From positions 104,408,001 to 104,472,000 of the forward strand of contig NC_086098.1 of NCBI RefSeq assembly GCF_963921235.1: a stretch of DNA of 64,000 bases, read 5' to 3'. Shown here piece by piece: positions 24,450 through 36,619 of this stretch. The number at the start of each line of letters is the position of its first letter. The stretch's first letter is position 1. The translations under genes and the position numbers were made by a program. The notes under the pieces were generated by a model. The model was given only the letters and a program-made list of their open reading frames with translations, had not been told where the DNA came from and ran no database searches. Source of the DNA: Mobula hypostoma (taxonomy: Eukaryota).

Positions 24450-24699
24450 TTTATACTCTATCTTTGTGTGAAAAAAATGCACCTCATCTCCCTTAAAAAT
24501 CTTTCCCATCCCACCCCTCTTCTCTCAGACTCCCCTGCACTTTTAAAAAAAAATGTCTCCGGCCATCCATCTCACCTATGCTCATGATGGTATGAATCTG
24601 AGGTCACTGTCAGCCTTCTCAACTCAAGGAAAACCAGTTTCAGCCTGGTAGCAATCTTTTTTGCACCCTCTCTTACTTAATCTCATCCTTCCTACAGCA

Positions 24700-24958
24700 C
24701 AATACAACGTGAAACAGGCCCTTCTGGCCCAAAGAGCCTCCCTCACTGCCCAGCAGCCCACCTATTTAACACTGGCCTAATCACAGGACAATTTGCAATG
24801 ACCAATTTACCTATTATCTGCTCTGTCTTTGGTCTGGAGCTCTCAGAGGAAACTCACACACTCACCGGGAGAACGTACAAACTCCTTACAGACAGCGTCA
24901 GAAATGAACTCCAAACACCGAGCTGTAATAGCGCCATGTATCCGCAACGCCACCATGG
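24700..24958 (-). mobile_element. tRNA-derived V-SINE-like element
   Basis: Minus strand CTGTCTGTAAGGAGTTTGTACGTTCTCCCGGTG...GTGAGTTTCCTC V-domain-like block, with a CR1-like 3' tail (GAAGGGCCTGT). Confidence 0.6.
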
Positions 24959-26289
24959 TGCATATTCCGTGTGTGGTCTCATCAACATCATTCACAGCCG
25001 GAACATAATGTCCGTACTCTTGTCTCAGTACCTCTGCCAATGAAGGCAGGTGTGACATACGCTTTTTTCCCACCACTTTGTCCTGCTTTGCTGCCACTGT
25101 CAGTGAACTATAGACCTGTAACTCTCCATTCTCTTGGTTTGTACTGAACTCCCCAGAGCCCCTGATCTACATCACTCCCTAGGGTACTTAGCCCAACAGC
25201 CTGACCAACATTAAAGTTATGAACAACGTGGATTAACGACAACCGTATTACAGCCAACAAACCATGGTAGGTCTTACACACTGAGTGGCAGAACAAAGAG
25301 GGGAAAAGACCAGTAATAAAGGTAGGTCTGCTGCTGGGGGTCTGACACTTACCCACAATTAGACTCATCTTGCAAAATTGAAAAGAATTTCTTGAGTTAT
25401 CACCTGATTGTTTCCACAACACCAGATTCCAGAGCGTGGAGGAATTGCTGCAGAAATGTCCCACACACAAGACTAAAAATGCCAAAAGTGATGTCCAAAT
25501 GTGCACAAGCCATGGATCACTGACATCTGGGTACAACCACAGAATAGCATTCTGGCTGCACAAAGAACCCGCAACAAAAACTGTCTGTCAACTTCAAAAT
25601 TCAGAAGGCTAGTTCCTAAATTAACAAAATAATTTTTATCAAAGTGGGATTGCACAGAACAAAAAAACACTGTATAATTCAATAGAATTTCTAGGCCCGT
25701 TACCATTTCAGAAGTTCATATGACACACTTGAGTTGTTTCCCTCATGTCTTGCCTCCTTATTAAATTGCAAGTTATTCATGTATTTTTCCAGCAATCTCA
25801 AATGAATTGAAAAAAATCACCTGAAACTGAAGCTTACTAAGAAACTCTTCACATACACTGAGTTTCTGAACAGGAATGATTTCCGGAGGAATGGGTGCAT
25901 CAAAGCTGTAAACAACAAATGGGACAGGTAACCTGTTTTTAGTGACTAATGGATGAGTGGAAACATGTCACTGGGGAATCATCTTGTTTCTCTGGAGAGT
26001 AATAGGATATAAAGTAAAATGTGCAGGTGAATTTGGAGCACCACATAGAAACAGTTCACACTGAGTCTATGCCAACCATCATATCTGCCCATTCTAATCC
26101 CAATTCCCCACATTAACTCTACATCCCTCTATGTCCCTGCTCACTTCAGTACTGCCTACTATTCCTGCCTTCATCTTTACTGGCAACTCACTCCATAGAA
26201 CAGTACAAGACAAGTTACTAACTCCTCTTTATGAGAAAAATTTAATCCTCATATACCCTACTAAACCTCTTCCCTCACTTTAATCTTCT

Positions 26290-26970
26290 GCTCAGCACGC
26301 AAGTGCAATTATGAAAAAAGCATGGTAGTGCCTCTATTACCTAGGAAGTTTGTGAAGATTTGGCATGATATCTAAAACTTTGACAAACTTCTATAGATGT
26401 GCAGTGGAGAGTACATTGACCAGTTGCATCACGGCCTGGTATGGAGACACCAATGTCCTTGAACAGAAAATCCTACAAAAAGTCATTGATCCAGCCCAGT
26501 GCATCATGTGTAAGGCCCGTCCAACCATTGAGCACGTCTACATGAAACACTGTTGCAGGAAAGCAGCATCCACTATAAAGTATCTCTACCACCCAGGTCA
26601 GGCTCCCCTCTCACTGCTGCCATCAGGAAGGTGGTACAGAAGCCCCAGGACTCACACCTCCAGGTTCAGGAACAATTACCCCTCAACCATCAGACTCTTC
26701 AACCAAAGGGGATAACTTCACTTGCCCCCATCACTGAACTCTTCCCACAACCTATGGATTGCTTATTGCTTATTGATTTATTGCTCATTTATTTATTACC
26801 ATTATTCTTTTCATACTTGCACAGTTTGGTGTCTTTTGCACAATGGTTGTCCACCCTGTTGATGTGGTCTTTCATTGATTCTATTATGGTTTATTGAGTA
26901 TGCCGGCAAGAAAATGAATCTTCGGGTTGTACTTGCTGACATATATGTACTTTGATAATAAATCTACTTT
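26290..26970 (+). mobile_element. Rex1/Babar-like LINE 3' fragment
   Basis: [13 protein letters not shown]...ITAWYG...LLPSGR, homologous to the C-terminus of ORF 32756..33970. The 3'UTR ends in AATAAA. Confidence 0.8.
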
Positions 26971-27508
26971 CAAATTTAGACACCTCTTCCATGAGAAACA
27001 GACACAGGTTATCAATCTTTTTCTATGCATCTCATAATTTACTTTCAGTTTAAAGTCTTAAGGTAGTGCCAGTGCCCTACGGCAACATCCTGCAGACAGA
27101 CAGTTCACAAAACTATTTATTTTCTTCTTCTTCTTTTAAATGTGCTTCTTCTCCTGAACTGCATGCAACTGGCTTGAGGTTTACATCTTGATGAGTTTTA
27201 CATTTTTGAGTTGACTGGGTGATTGGTGCTTTTCATGTCTCCAGGGCAGTCTGGCATGATTGAAAGCAGAGTGTGTGACCTAATGCTGGAGAACAAACTC
27301 ATGATCAGCTTCACTACTCATCGCCAATTATAGAGTTAAGCAAGATAGAAATCGACGAGGATGAAAGGCAAGAAGGTGTTCACACCATCTGCCTACGTTT
27401 GACCTGTCCCCCTTCATCTCACTTGCTGCTGCCAGAGGAAGGTGCAGGAAATTTGGATCCATGTCGCAAGCATTGATCTATGCAGCTCATGCCAGTGAGA
27501 CCTTTTTT

Positions 27509-28691
27509 TTGGAGGACTCTGCAGTTTCATAATTAGAGTCTGCAGCTTTGGACTTGCTTTGGAGGACTCTGCAGCTTTGCACTTGCTTTGTAGGACTCTG
27601 CAGCTTTGGACTTGCTTTGGAGGACTCTGCAGCTTTGGAGGACTCTGCAGCTTTGGACTTGCTTTGGAGGACTCTGCAGCTTTGGAGGACTCTGCAGCTT
27701 TGGACTTGCTTTGGAGGACTCTGCAGCTTTGCACTTGCTTTGTAGGACTCTGCAGCTTTGGACTTGCTTTGGAGGACTCTGCAGCTTTGGACTTGCTTTG
27801 GAGGACTCTGCAGCTTTGGACTTGCTTTGGAGGATTCTGCAGCTTTGCACTTGCTTTGTAGGACTCTGCAGCTTTGGACTTGCTTTGGAGGACTCTGCAG
27901 CTTTAGAGGACTCTGCAGCTTTGGACTTGCTTTGGAGGACTCTGCAGTTTTGGACTTGCTTTGGAGGACTCTGCAGTTTTGGACTTGCTTTGGAGGACTC
28001 TGCAGTTTTGGACTTGCTTTGGAGGACTCTGCAGCTTTGGAGGACTCTGCAGCTTTGGACTTGCTTTGGAGTACTCTGCAGCTTTGGACTTGCTTTGGAG
28101 GACTCTGCAGTTTTGGACTTGCTTTGGAGGACTCTGCAGTTTTGGACTTGCTTTGGAGGACTCTGCAGTTTTGGACTTGCTTTGGAGGACTCTGCAGCTT
28201 TGGACTTGCTTTGGAGGACTCTGCAGCTTTGGACTTGCTTTGGAGGACTCTGCAGTTTTGGACTTGCTTTGGAGGACTCTGCAGCTTTGGACTTGCTTTG
28301 GAGGACTCTGCAGCTTTGGACTTGCTTTGGAGGACTCTGCAGCTTTGGACTTGCTTTGGAGGACTCTGCAGTTTTGGACTTGCTTTGGAGGACTCTGCAG
28401 TTTTGGACTTGCTTTGGAGGACTCTGCAGCTTTGGACTTGCTTTGGAGGACTCTGCAGCTTTGGACTTGCTTTGGAGGACTCTGCAGTTTTGGACTTGCT
28501 TTGGAGGACTCTGCAGCTTTGGACTTGCTTTGGAGGACTCTGCAGCTTTGGACTTGCTTTGGAGGACTCTGCAGCTTTGGACTTGCTTTGGAGGACTCTG
28601 CAGCTTTGGACTTGCTTTGGAGGACTCTGCAGCTTTGGACTTGCTTTGGAGGACTCTGCAGCTTTGCACTTGCTTTGGAGGACTCTGCAGT
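27509..28691. repeat. Minisatellite with 29-bp unit TTTGGAGGACTCTGCAGCTTTGGACTTGC (about 40 copies) and occasional 18-bp sub-units
   Basis: Directly visible tandem array of near-identical units. Confidence 0.97.
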
Positions 28692-29019
28692 TCATGTTGC
28701 GTGCATCTCTGATTCTGGCTGCCCAGTTTTGTTTTTGCATGATTTGATCGGGCACCTCAGCGCAGACTGGCTCTGTCAACAAATGGCACAGCGCTGAACA
28801 GAATTGAATTGAACTAAACACTCCTAGACCACTTAATGTTTAGATGTGTTATTCAGTCTTTTTTTTTTGCCTTTTGTGCGACTTGTTCTTGTTTTCACAC
28901 ATTGGATGTTTGATGTTTTCTTTGAACAGATTCCATGGTGTTTCTTTGTCTTGTAGCTGGGTGCAGGAGGATGAATCTCAGGGGTCTATACTGTATACAT
29001 ACTGTTTATATACTTCTGT

Positions 29020-30330
29020 CAATGTCACCTCTCAGCCACCTTCAAGGAAAACAGACCTAGCCTGACCCAGGTTCCCCGATAACTCAGGCACTCCAATCCA
29101 GAGAGCATCCTTGAGAGCCAATCTAGCTTACTCATATCCTTCCTATGGCATAGTGACCAGAAATGTACACAATTCTCCAAGTGTGGCCTATCCAATATTT
29201 TGTACACTGTAACGTTGCACAACAACCCTTAAAATCAATACCTCAGAGATAAAGGCAAGCACACCATATGCCTTCCTCTCCACATTGCATGCCTGAGGTC
29301 CCATTTTCAGGAAACTATTTACACATACCCCAAGATTTCTGCTTTTAACAAAACTCCCCAAGATCTTTCCATTTACTGTGTATTTCCCGCTCTGTTAACT
29401 TCTCAACATGAATGACTTCACACTGTCCAAATTCCTTCTGCCATTCCTCTGCCCACTTTTCCAATTGATCTAGACCCTGCTGTAACCTTAGACAACATTC
29501 TTCACTGTTCACGATGTCAGCAATTTTGGTGTCATCTCAGAATTACTAATTATGTCACCTATATTCTCATCCGAATCATTAATATACATGCAATCACCGA
29601 AGGACCCAGCACAGATCTCTGAAGCACACCACCGCCCAGAGGGCTCCAAATTGTGAAAGCAACCCTTCTTCCTATGACTAAGTTACCTTTCTATTCAGTC
29701 TGTTAGGCCACAGCAGTCCTATGTTACATAACCTTTCATACCAGCCTAATATGTGAACTTTGTTAAAGGCCTTGCTAAGGCGCATGCAGAAAATGTCTAT
29801 CACCATAGTCTTGTCAATCCTTGTGTTCACCTCTTCAAGAAAATCAATCTGTAAGCTATGAATTCTCAAACTCAAAGCCATGCCTAAACACACATTGCTT
29901 CTCTAAATACAAATAAATCCTATCCCTGCCAATTACATTCCCACCACTGATGTAATCGCACTGGCCTACAGTAATTACGCACACAGCCCTTCTTAAACAA
30001 AAGCATATTAGCTATCATCCAATCTTGTGAAACCTCACCTCTGGCTAATTAAAATACAAAGATCTATTACAAGGCCCCACCAATCATCTCTCTTGCTTCC
30101 AATAGCCTACAAGGATGCACATGATCAGGCCCCTGGGATTTATCCATCTTTATTCATCTTCAAGATCTCCAGCACCATCTCCTCTGTAACACTGATATGC
30201 TCCGTCAGTGTTCCCTCCCCTGAACAAATTAGCTTCCATGTTTTTCTTCCACAGTAAATGCAAATGAGAAACGTTCATTTTAAATCCCACTGTTTCAAAT
30301 ATAGATGACAACACTGATCCTCAGGAGGTT
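29020..30330 (-). mobile_element. Old degenerate CR1 LINE (ORF2 remnants)
   Basis: RPHLENCVHFWS and SKAFNKV remnants on the minus strand. Confidence 0.7.
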
Positions 30331-31139
30331 CTAATGAAATGTTGCCACTATTTTTTTTTAAACAGCTGCATGGACCAACTTTTGCTCTGAGCAGGGAATT
30401 TTTACATGGCCTGAAAATTTTATCTTTATATAAAATACATACTCCAAATATTTCAAGTGAAAATTTAAAATTCACATACGTTTGATTACTTACCAAAAAA
30501 AATCAGAATTATAGAATTTTTCCACACCAAACAAATTCAAACCACAACTCACAACAGAAGTAGACAATATCAGGAAATCAAAACAACTAACAAACACAAT
30601 GGCAAAAGTAAAGTGTTTTGATTAGAAGGTGTTGGCATTCAGCGGGCCAGTGGTTTATTAACAATGAGCTTCCAGCTTCCATTCTGTGTTATTGTTACAA
30701 CTTATAGCAGTGTCGTAACTTGCAATATTAGCAATGTAAATACGTCATAACTCTAAAATGTTTCAAAGTAACGGCTGATACATTTATTTTTAGAAATTTT
30801 GTGGATTATACTCATTAATATGATTAATTATAGGGTATTTCACATTATCATAGATTTCAAAATTGTATCAGCAAATTTCAAAATTACATTAACATTAAAT
30901 AAAATAAAATTCCACCTGTGCAGAAGCATTTCAGTTATTGTGTGGCTGTGCATCTGTGCAGCTGAGATGAAACAGTGATCTACTGTCTCACTAGTTGCTC
31001 CTTTGCTCTTAATATACTTAAGGAATTTTTTTTATGATTTACTTTGATCTTTCAGCTACAGATATCTCAGGGTCCTTTTCTGCCCTCCTAATTTTTACTG
31101 AACTGTACTCCTACAATCCCCATTTTAGTGTTTCACTGG

Positions 31140-31632
31140 AACGGGGCTGCACGAGAACATACCCGATCAAAACTTCTCCATGGATGGCTTCCGGACCGTT
31201 CGGGCTGACCGGAAGTGCACTGAGAGCAGTAAGTGTAAAGGAGTTGGGTGCTTACTGTTCTGGTTAACAACAGATGGTGCAATCCGGGTCATATTACGAT
31301 CGAGGAACGTGTTTGTAGACCGGATATTGAACTTTTTACTGTTGGACTTCGGCCATATTCTACCGAGATACAACAATGGGCGGCACGGGAGGTTGTTCCT
31401 GACTGTAGCCATCGAACTTGCAGCTCCTCCCGTGGAGGGTCAGACACCCTGAGCCAATAGACTGGTCCTGGACTTACTTTCCATCTGGCATAGTTTGCAT
31501 TTTGTTGTTTGATTGTGGTTTTTGTATTGCTATATTTATGCTCCATTCTTGGTTGGTGCGGCTGTAACGAAACCCAATTTCCCTCGGGATCAATAAAGCA
31601 TATCTATCTATATATATATATCTATCTATCTA
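31140..31632 (+). mobile_element. Internally deleted LINE derivative (Rex1-like APE fragment fused to a 3'UTR with (TATC)n tail)
   Basis: DGFRTVRADR and VNNRWC...PDIEL APE-like fragments, then AATTTCCCTCGGGATCAATAAAG and a TATC/TA microsatellite tail. Confidence 0.55.
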
Positions 31633-31759
31633 CATCCTCTGTACACCTGAAGAGACTTACCTGAATTCAGCTGCCTATATCTGGCATATGCCTCTTTCTT
31701 TTTCTAACTATCACTCATCAACCAGAATTTTGTTGACCAAGTACTCCACTCTAACAGGA

Positions 31760-34700
31760 ATATAGAACATAGAACAGTACAGCAGAGTACAGGCCCTTCG
31801 GCCCACAATGTAGTGCCGACCCTTAAGCCCTGCCTCCCATATAACCCCCCCACCTTAAATTCCTCCATATACCTGTCTAGTAGTCTCTTAAACTTCACTA
31901 GTGTATCTGCCTCCACCACTGACTCAGGCAGTGCATTCCACACACCAACCACTGTCTGAGTAAAAAACCTTCCTCTAATATCCCCCTTGAACTTCCCACC
32001 CTTTACCTTAAAGCCACGTCCTCCTGTATTGCGTAGTGGTGCCCTGAGGAAGAGGTGCTGGCTATCCACTCTATCTATTCCTCTTATTATCTTGTACACC
32101 GCTATCATGTCTCCTCTCATCCTCCTTCTCTCCGAAGAATAAAGCCCTAGTTCCCTTAATCTCTGATCATAATCCACACTCTCTAAACCAGACAGCATCC
32201 TGGTAAATCTCCTCTGTACACTTTCCAATGCTTCCACATCCTTCCTATAGTGAGGCAACCAGAACTGGACACAGTACTCTAAGTGTGACCTAACCAGAGT
32301 TTTACAGAGCTGCATCATTACCTCACGACTCTTAAACTCTATCCCTCGATTTATGAAAGCTAGCACCCCATAAGCTTTCTTAACTACCCTATCCATCTGT
32401 GAGGCAACTTTCAGGGATCTGTGGACATGTACCCCCAGATCCCTCTGATCCTCCACACTACCAAGTATCCTGCTATTTATTTTACTTTTACTTTATACTT
32501 TATTGTTGCCAAACAATGGATACTAGAACGTACAATCATCACAGCGATATTTGATTCTGCGCTTTGCGATCCCTGGAGTACAAATCGATAGTAAATATTA
32601 AAAATTTAAATTATAAATCATAAATAGAAAATAGAAAATGGAAATTAGTGCAAAAAAACCGAGAGGTAGGTCCGGATATTTGGAGGGTATGGCCCAGATC
32701 TGGGTCAAGATTCATTCAGCAGTCTTATCACAGTTGGAAAGAAGCTGTTCCCAAATCAGGCCGTACGAGTCTTCAAGCTCCTAATCCTTCTCCCGGAGGG
32801 AAGAGGGACAAAAAGTGTGTTGGCTGGGTGGATTGTGTCCTTGATTATCCTGGCAGCACTGGTCTGACAGCACGCGGTATAAAGTGAGTCCAAGGACAGA
32901 AGATTGGTTTGCGTGATGTGCTGGGTTGTGTTCACGATCTTGTGCAGCTTCTTCCGTTCTTGGACAGGACAACTTCCATACCAGGTTGTGATGCACCTCA
33001 GAAGAATGCTTTCTACGGTGCATCTATAAAAATTAGTGAGGGTTTTAGGAGACAGGCCAAATTTCTTTAGCTTTCTCAGGAAGTAAAGACGCTGGTGGGC
33101 CTTCTTGGAAGTGGATTCTGCTTGGTTGGACCAAGTCAAGTCATTTGTGATATTGACCCCGAGGAACTTAAAGCTTTTGACCTGTTCCACTTGCGCACCA
33201 CCAATGTAAATGGGGTCGTGCGGTCCGCTACTCCTTCTGAAGTCAACAACCAATTCCTTTGTCTTGCTGACATTGAGGGATAGGTTATTGCCTTCGCACC
33301 ATGCCACCAGGTTCTTAATTTCCTCTCTGTACTCAAACTCATCATTACCCGAGATACGGCCTCCAATTGTGGTGTCATCAGCAAACTTATACATTGAGTT
33401 CGATGGAAACTTGGCCACACAATCATGGGTGTACAGTGAGTACAGCCCGGGGCTGAGTACACAGCCTTGTGGGGCACCAGTGCTCAGAGTGATTGTAGAG
33501 GAGAGCTTGTCCCCTATTGTTACAGCCTGGGTCCTCTCTGTGAGGAAGTTGAAGATCCAGCTGCAGATCTGAGTGCTAAGGCCCAGGTTCCGGAGCTTAG
33601 GAATCAGTTTATTTGGAATGATGGTATTAAAGGCAGAGATGTAATCAATGAAAAAGTGCCTTACATATGCGTCTTTATTCTCCAGGTGCTCTAAGAAGGA
33701 ATGTAGGGCCAGAGAGATGGCATCTGCCATCGACCTGTTGCTCTGGTAGGCGAATTGCAAAACGTCGAGGTTGACTGGTAGGCTGTGGTTGATATGTGCC
33801 ATAACCAATCGCTCGAAGCACTTCATAGCAATTGATGTCAGAGCCACAGGTCGATAGTCATTCAGGCATGCCACCTTGCTCTTCTTCGGCACCGAGATTA
33901 TTGTTGCCTTCTTAAAACATGAGGGAACCCTAGACTGAAGCAAGGAGCAGTTGAAGATGTCAGCAAACACTCCAGCTAGCTCGCTTGCATAGGCCCGGAG
34001 AACCTGTCCCAGGACACCATCTGGCCCGTCGCCTTCCTTGGATTTATCTTCAGGAAGGCCCTTCTAACGTCCTCCTCGGTGATGATGAATGTCGATGCCA
34101 CCAGGTCCGGTTCATCCGGAGGGAGCAGGAGGCTCCTCTTCTGTTCGAATCTTGCGTAGAATACATTAAGTTCATCAGGAAGAGAAGCGCCACAATTATT
34201 GATATTCCCAGCCTTTTCTTTGCGCCCAGTGATCTCATTTAGACTCTGCTATAGTCTACTGGCATCCGTCTAGTTAGCCTGGGCTTCCAACTTGGCTCGA
34301 TATTGCCACTTGGTGCCCTTAATGGCTTTGCGGAGTTCACGCCTGGATTCCGTGTAGCGACTGGTATCCCTGGACCTAAATGCCGCAGCTCTAGCCTTCA
34401 AAAGGGACTTGACCTCATAATTCATCCAAGGTTTCCAGTTCGGGAATAGCCTGATTGTCTTGCGAGACACACAGTCCTCGGTGCATTTCCAGATAAAGTC
34501 TGTGACAGCTGAGGGATACTCATCGAGAAGCTGCCGAGTCCTTGAATACTAGCCAGTCCACCAATTCAAAGCAGTCACAGAGGATCTCATCCGTTTCCTC
34601 CGTCCAACGCGACACCACCTTTGACATCGTGACTTTCCGCTTCAGTTTCTGTTTGTAAGCCTTGAAGTTTGTCTTCCCAAAGTGTACCACCTCACACTTC

Positions 34701-35800
34701 TCCGGTTGAACTCGAACTTCGGCATCCTATCAAAGTCTCTCTGCAATCTTCGACAATCCTCTACACTATCCACAACACCACCAACCTCTGTGTCATCTGC
34801 AAACTTGCCAACCCACCCTTCTACCCCCACATCCAGGTCATTAGTAAAAATCATGAGAAGTAGAGGTCCCAGAACAGATCCTTGTGGGACACCACCAGTC
34901 ACAACCCTCCAATCTGAATGTACTCCCTCCACCACCACCCTCTGCCTTCTGCAGGCAAGCCAATTCTGAATCCATCTGGCCGAACTTCCCTGGATCCCAT
35001 GCCTTCTGACTTTCTGAATAAGCCTACCATGTGGAACCTTGTCAAATGCCTTACCAAAATCCATTTAGATCACATCTACTGCACTACCCTCATCTATATG
35101 CCTGGTCACCTCCTCAAAGAACTCTATCAGGCTTGTTACACATGATCTGCCCTTCACAAAGCCATGCTGACTGTCCCTGATCAGACCTTGATTCTCTTAA
35201 TGCCCATAGATCCTATCTTTAAGAATTTTTTCCAACAGCGTTCCCACCACAGACGTAAGGCTCACTGGTCTATAATTACCCAGATTATCCCTATGACCTT
35301 TTTTGAACAAGTGGACAACATTCGCCTCCCTCCAATCCTCCGGTACCATTCTAGTAGACAATGAGGACATAAAGATCCTAGCCAGAGGCTCAGCAATCTC
35401 TTCCCTCGCCTCGTGGAGCAGCCTGGGGAATATTCCGTCAGGCCCCAGGGACTTATCCATCCTAATGTATTTTAACAACTCCAACACCTCCTCTCTCTTA
35501 ACATCAACATGCGCCAGAACATCAACCTCACTCATATTGTCCGCACCGTCAAGTTCCCTCTCATTGGTGAATACCGAATTCATTGAGGACCTCGCTCACT
35601 TCCACAGTCTCCAGGCACATCTTCCCACCTTTAACTTTAATCGGTCCTACCTTCACTCCTGTCATCCTTTTGTTCTTCACATAATTGAAGAATGCGTTGG
35701 GCATTTCCTTTACCCTACTCACCAAGGCCTTCTCATGCCCCCTTCTTGCTCTCCTCAGCCCCTTCTTAAGCTCCTTTCTTGCTACCCTATATTCCTCAAT
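31760..35800 (-). mobile_element. CR1 LINE (5'-truncated ORF2), interrupted by a Rex1-like insertion
   Basis: ORFs 35197..35583 (YRPVSLTS), 34642..35064 (DFGKAFDKVPH, GVPQGSVLGP, KFADD) and 31704..32456 (RDLGV, HLEYCVQFW, WNALP). (GTTCTAT)n tail at about 31760. Confidence 0.9.
32476..34660 (-). mobile_element. Rex1/Babar-like LINE, 5'-truncated, nested in CR1
   Basis: ORF 32756..33970 (404 aa) with [29 protein letters not shown] and FKFLGV. AATAAAG and a (TAAAAG)-like tail at about 32476-32505. Confidence 0.88.
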
Positions 35801-36619
35801 AGACCCATCAGAATATGCTGGCCCTCAACTCTTCCTAGGTCACTTTTTAAAGGCTTCCATCGCCAGACATCCCTTTACCTGCAAACAAGCTCTCCCAATC
35901 AAGTTTTAAAAGTTTCTGTCTGATTCCATCAAAATTAGCCTTCCCCCAATTTAGGAGTTTGAGTTCAGGATCAGTCCCATCTTTTTCTATAATTAAAGTA
36001 AACAGAATTATAATCATTGGTTCCAACGTGTTTCCACTCTGGTGCATCAACCACTTTCCCAGCCTCACTTCTTAACATTTTGTTTTGCTCCACTGAATCA
36101 GTAACAATAATCAAAAATCAATACCCCATCTGTTGTCACAGAATACATTCAACACAATTGGACTTCTTTTTTACAACTACCAATCAGAAACATGTAAAGG
36201 TCTGTGCTTTTGTTTTACTAATCAAAATTCAACAGGTATAATTTTAAAGGATCATTATATAAAATTTATTGACCATATCCAGACCTAAGCACATTTCAGT
36301 TAGTGTTGTATTCCACTTTTAAAAATACTTTCATACTATAAAACTTCATTCTTATTACATTGAGTTCAAATTCATAATCCCTATTGCATTCTCCTTTCTT
36401 ATTGCCATGCTCATTTTATCAAAAGTACATAGGCACCTCTACTACAATAACCGTAAGATTTTAACATGCACACTGTAATGCAGACAATATTGACCCAACT
36501 TTCACAAGGCAATGGATGGAAATTTCTTATTCAACAAAAAAGTGTTCACCACCAGCTGACTTGGTGATAATAATTAGTCAAGTAAGCAATGATTCAAAGC
36601 AAGAGGGCTGTGGGTGAAC

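Noticed and set aside
25108-25706. Minus-strand ORFs as PHIP exon 7 candidates
   Set aside because: The translations show no similarity to the expected WD40-entry sequence.
27509-28691. CRISPR-like array
   Set aside because: Units are contiguous with no unique spacers, there are no cas genes, and the context is a eukaryotic intron.
27487-28821. Long repetitive ORFs (up to 444 aa) on both strands
   Set aside because: They are a by-product of a stop-free 29-bp tandem unit. There is no splice or promoter context and no non-repetitive domain.
30337-30977. Possible old hAT-type MITE inside the degenerate CR1
   Set aside because: The terminal repeats are too decayed and no TSD could be read.
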